This document shows, in pieces, positions 62,064-64,000 of a stretch of DNA of 64,000 nucleotides; position 1 is the first letter of the stretch; the number at the start of each line of letters is the position of its first letter. The DNA is from Podarcis bocagei (lineage: Eukaryota): the NCBI GenBank assembly GCA_964188305.1, contig OZ076901.1, one strand, 5' to 3'. Below the pieces are notes generated by a model, which saw only the letters and a list, made by a program, of their open reading frames with translations, was not told the origin of the DNA and did no database searches. Made by a program: the position numbers and the translations under genes.

Positions 62064-63903
62064 CTGCGAGAAGGAAAAAGGGAGCACACAGGTTGGACAG
62101 GACACAGGTTCTTCACAGGAAAGTTAAGAGCATGCATTTGGAAAGGGAAACCACTGCTTTTTGGAGCACACAGCAGCTGTTTTAACAAAGAGCAAGGCTG
62201 GCAGAAATCCTGGTGGCAGGTGTGGAAGGCATTCTGAAACAAACGTACAGGCTTCCCAAAACAAATGCTCAACAGTTCCATAATCTGTGTTTTGGGCCAG
62301 TGCTGTTCTGGGACTTCAGAACATTACAAGAGCCTTGATGAATCAGGCCAATCCAGCACCCTCTCCTCGCAGTGGCCAATCAGATGCCCCAGTGAGAAGC
62401 CCAACAGCACCATTATCCCCATCTGCAGTTCCCAGGAACTGGGAGGCATACAGAGATATAGGGCTCCAATGGTGGAGTCAGTACAGTTTGATGCAATTTG
62501 TGCACAAACAACTCAGACCACCGTCTTTTGAGGATTTCTATACTACTCTGAGGGCTGTCTATGGTAAGAAACTATCAGCAGTAAAATAAGCAGCAACAAT
62601 GTCAAAGTGCTTCAAAAATGACAAAGTGTGAAATCAGACAAAGTGATCAGTGTTTAGAATTTAAAAAAAGGTATTGTTACCCAGCCTTGCACTGCAACTC
62701 TTGTGTGGGTGAAATGCGCTGGCATTTTTCAGGCCTCCCCCTTTGGATTGAGCTTGTAAAGAGCAAAACCCATGACTGAAAAGCAACCAGACAGTTCTGG
62801 TGGAGGCAAATAGGCCATTCCAAGATCCTCCGGGTAGTTTAAATTGGGGTGGGTGGAAAGAATGTCGGGATCTACTGGAACATCTCTGGATGGATGTGCA
62901 GCAGTAGTAGATTCCTTTGTTTGTTTGCCTTCTCCAGACTATCCCAAACCAAAAAAAGGTTTAACAGTACGAAACTAACACAAGACACCGTCAATGGACG
63001 TTTACTCAAATAAAATATAACGTAAGTAATCTTAAAATGCTGCGTTACCCTGGCAGATCACAACATGCCTCTTTAAAAAGGGAGAAAAAGCTTCCTCTCT
63101 TAACAAAGATTAAATGAAAAGGAGATGAAATAAAATGAGTTTGCACAAATCTAAATTAAATTATGTAAAACTGCAATTTGATACGCATTGAGGGTTCCTG
63201 TTATTAGCAATGAGATAATTATGTTATCATTCACTAACAGTGATTTTCTTATTTTTGTGCCTTATGTAAAACCAAAATGAATAAAAAGCATAAAACTAAC
63301 ATAAAATACCTAAAATTGTCCCAAGTATTGCTCTCCAAGATGGTATATAAAGGAAAATATATAACATGTGTGACTTGCAATAGGTTGGCAAGGGTTTCTG
63401 GCTCTTGACTGTTTAACAGCAGCAACAACAACTTTAAAAGGGACTTTTCTTACCGCCTATGAAATTAGGCTTCTGGGATTTCTGATGATTTACAGCCACC
63501 TAGCTGTAGATAAATACTTATATATAATCAGGTCATTCCAGAAGATGCTCATGGAATGAGGAGAGAACTGGCTGGGCCCCTGGACCATCAACCTGCATCT
63601 GACTTCAGTCCTAATTTAATCACTAATTTCCTAGCAGTTAAGAAATTCCCTAATGTCTGCATCACAGCAGTAGAGTACAACTTAAAAAAAGGGGGGGGGT
63701 GGATAAGGGAATTGAAGCAGAAAAGGCATCCATTCCAGGCAGGAGATGACTTTTTTGCTCATGGGAGAAAACACACTTTAAGGAAACAGAGCCACCACTT
63801 TCTGCACCGTTGTTTTTTAAGCTGCTCCAGCAGCAACTTGTGTCAAAAACCTTGAAGGTCACAACAGAGGCCTGGGAATTTAACCGGCTGAAATCCCACT
63901 CAC

Positions 63904-63991
63904 CTTCCCCAAGAGCTGCTCGATTTCCACAGCCATCGTTTCGAACATTCGGTCTTGGCTTGATCCATTCAGAAGAGGGGTTGTGTCGGAG
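63904..63991 (-). CDS. GOSR1: GOSR1 (GS28 Golgi SNARE) internal exon, 88 nt (probably exon 3)
   Basis: CAG|C then SDTTPLLNGSSQDRMFETMAVEIEQLLGK, donor AAG|GTGAGT; near-identical to vertebrate GOSR1. Confidence 0.93.
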
Positions 63992-64000
63992 CTGAGTGAT

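Overview
Vertebrate genomic DNA, most likely a squamate reptile (lacertid-like lizard, judged from Sauria/Squam1 SINEs plus L2, CR1, L1, RTE, Rex1 and Penelope repeats). It holds two convergent spliced genes. TRARG1/TUSC5 (+ strand, CD225/dispanin family) starts in a CpG island, with coding exons 1159-1551, 8597-8726 and probably 10930-10949 (about 180 aa). GOSR1 (- strand, Golgi Qb-SNARE GS28) has seven exons running from 63991 down to the stop at 24858; its 5' end lies beyond the window. The rest is intronic or intergenic and rich in transposable elements. Highlights: (1) the last GOSR1 intron is a U12 (minor spliceosome) GT-AG intron; (2) an intact minimal type-I hammerhead ribozyme motif from a Penelope remnant lies in the sense strand of the GOSR1 pre-mRNA about 145 nt upstream of a 30-nt micro-exon; (3) a tRNA-Ala-derived SINE recurs as head-to-tail multimers joined by a conserved CATGAGGACTAG linker, which ordinary SINE retroposition does not explain; (4) several repeat-free, homeodomain-site-dense intronic blocks look like enhancers; (5) a 3-codon uORF precedes TRARG1; (6) there is a perfect 88-bp palindrome and several nested insertions with clean target-site duplications (TSDs). 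Repeat boundaries are approximate unless TSDs are quoted. Family names come from recognition, not database search.
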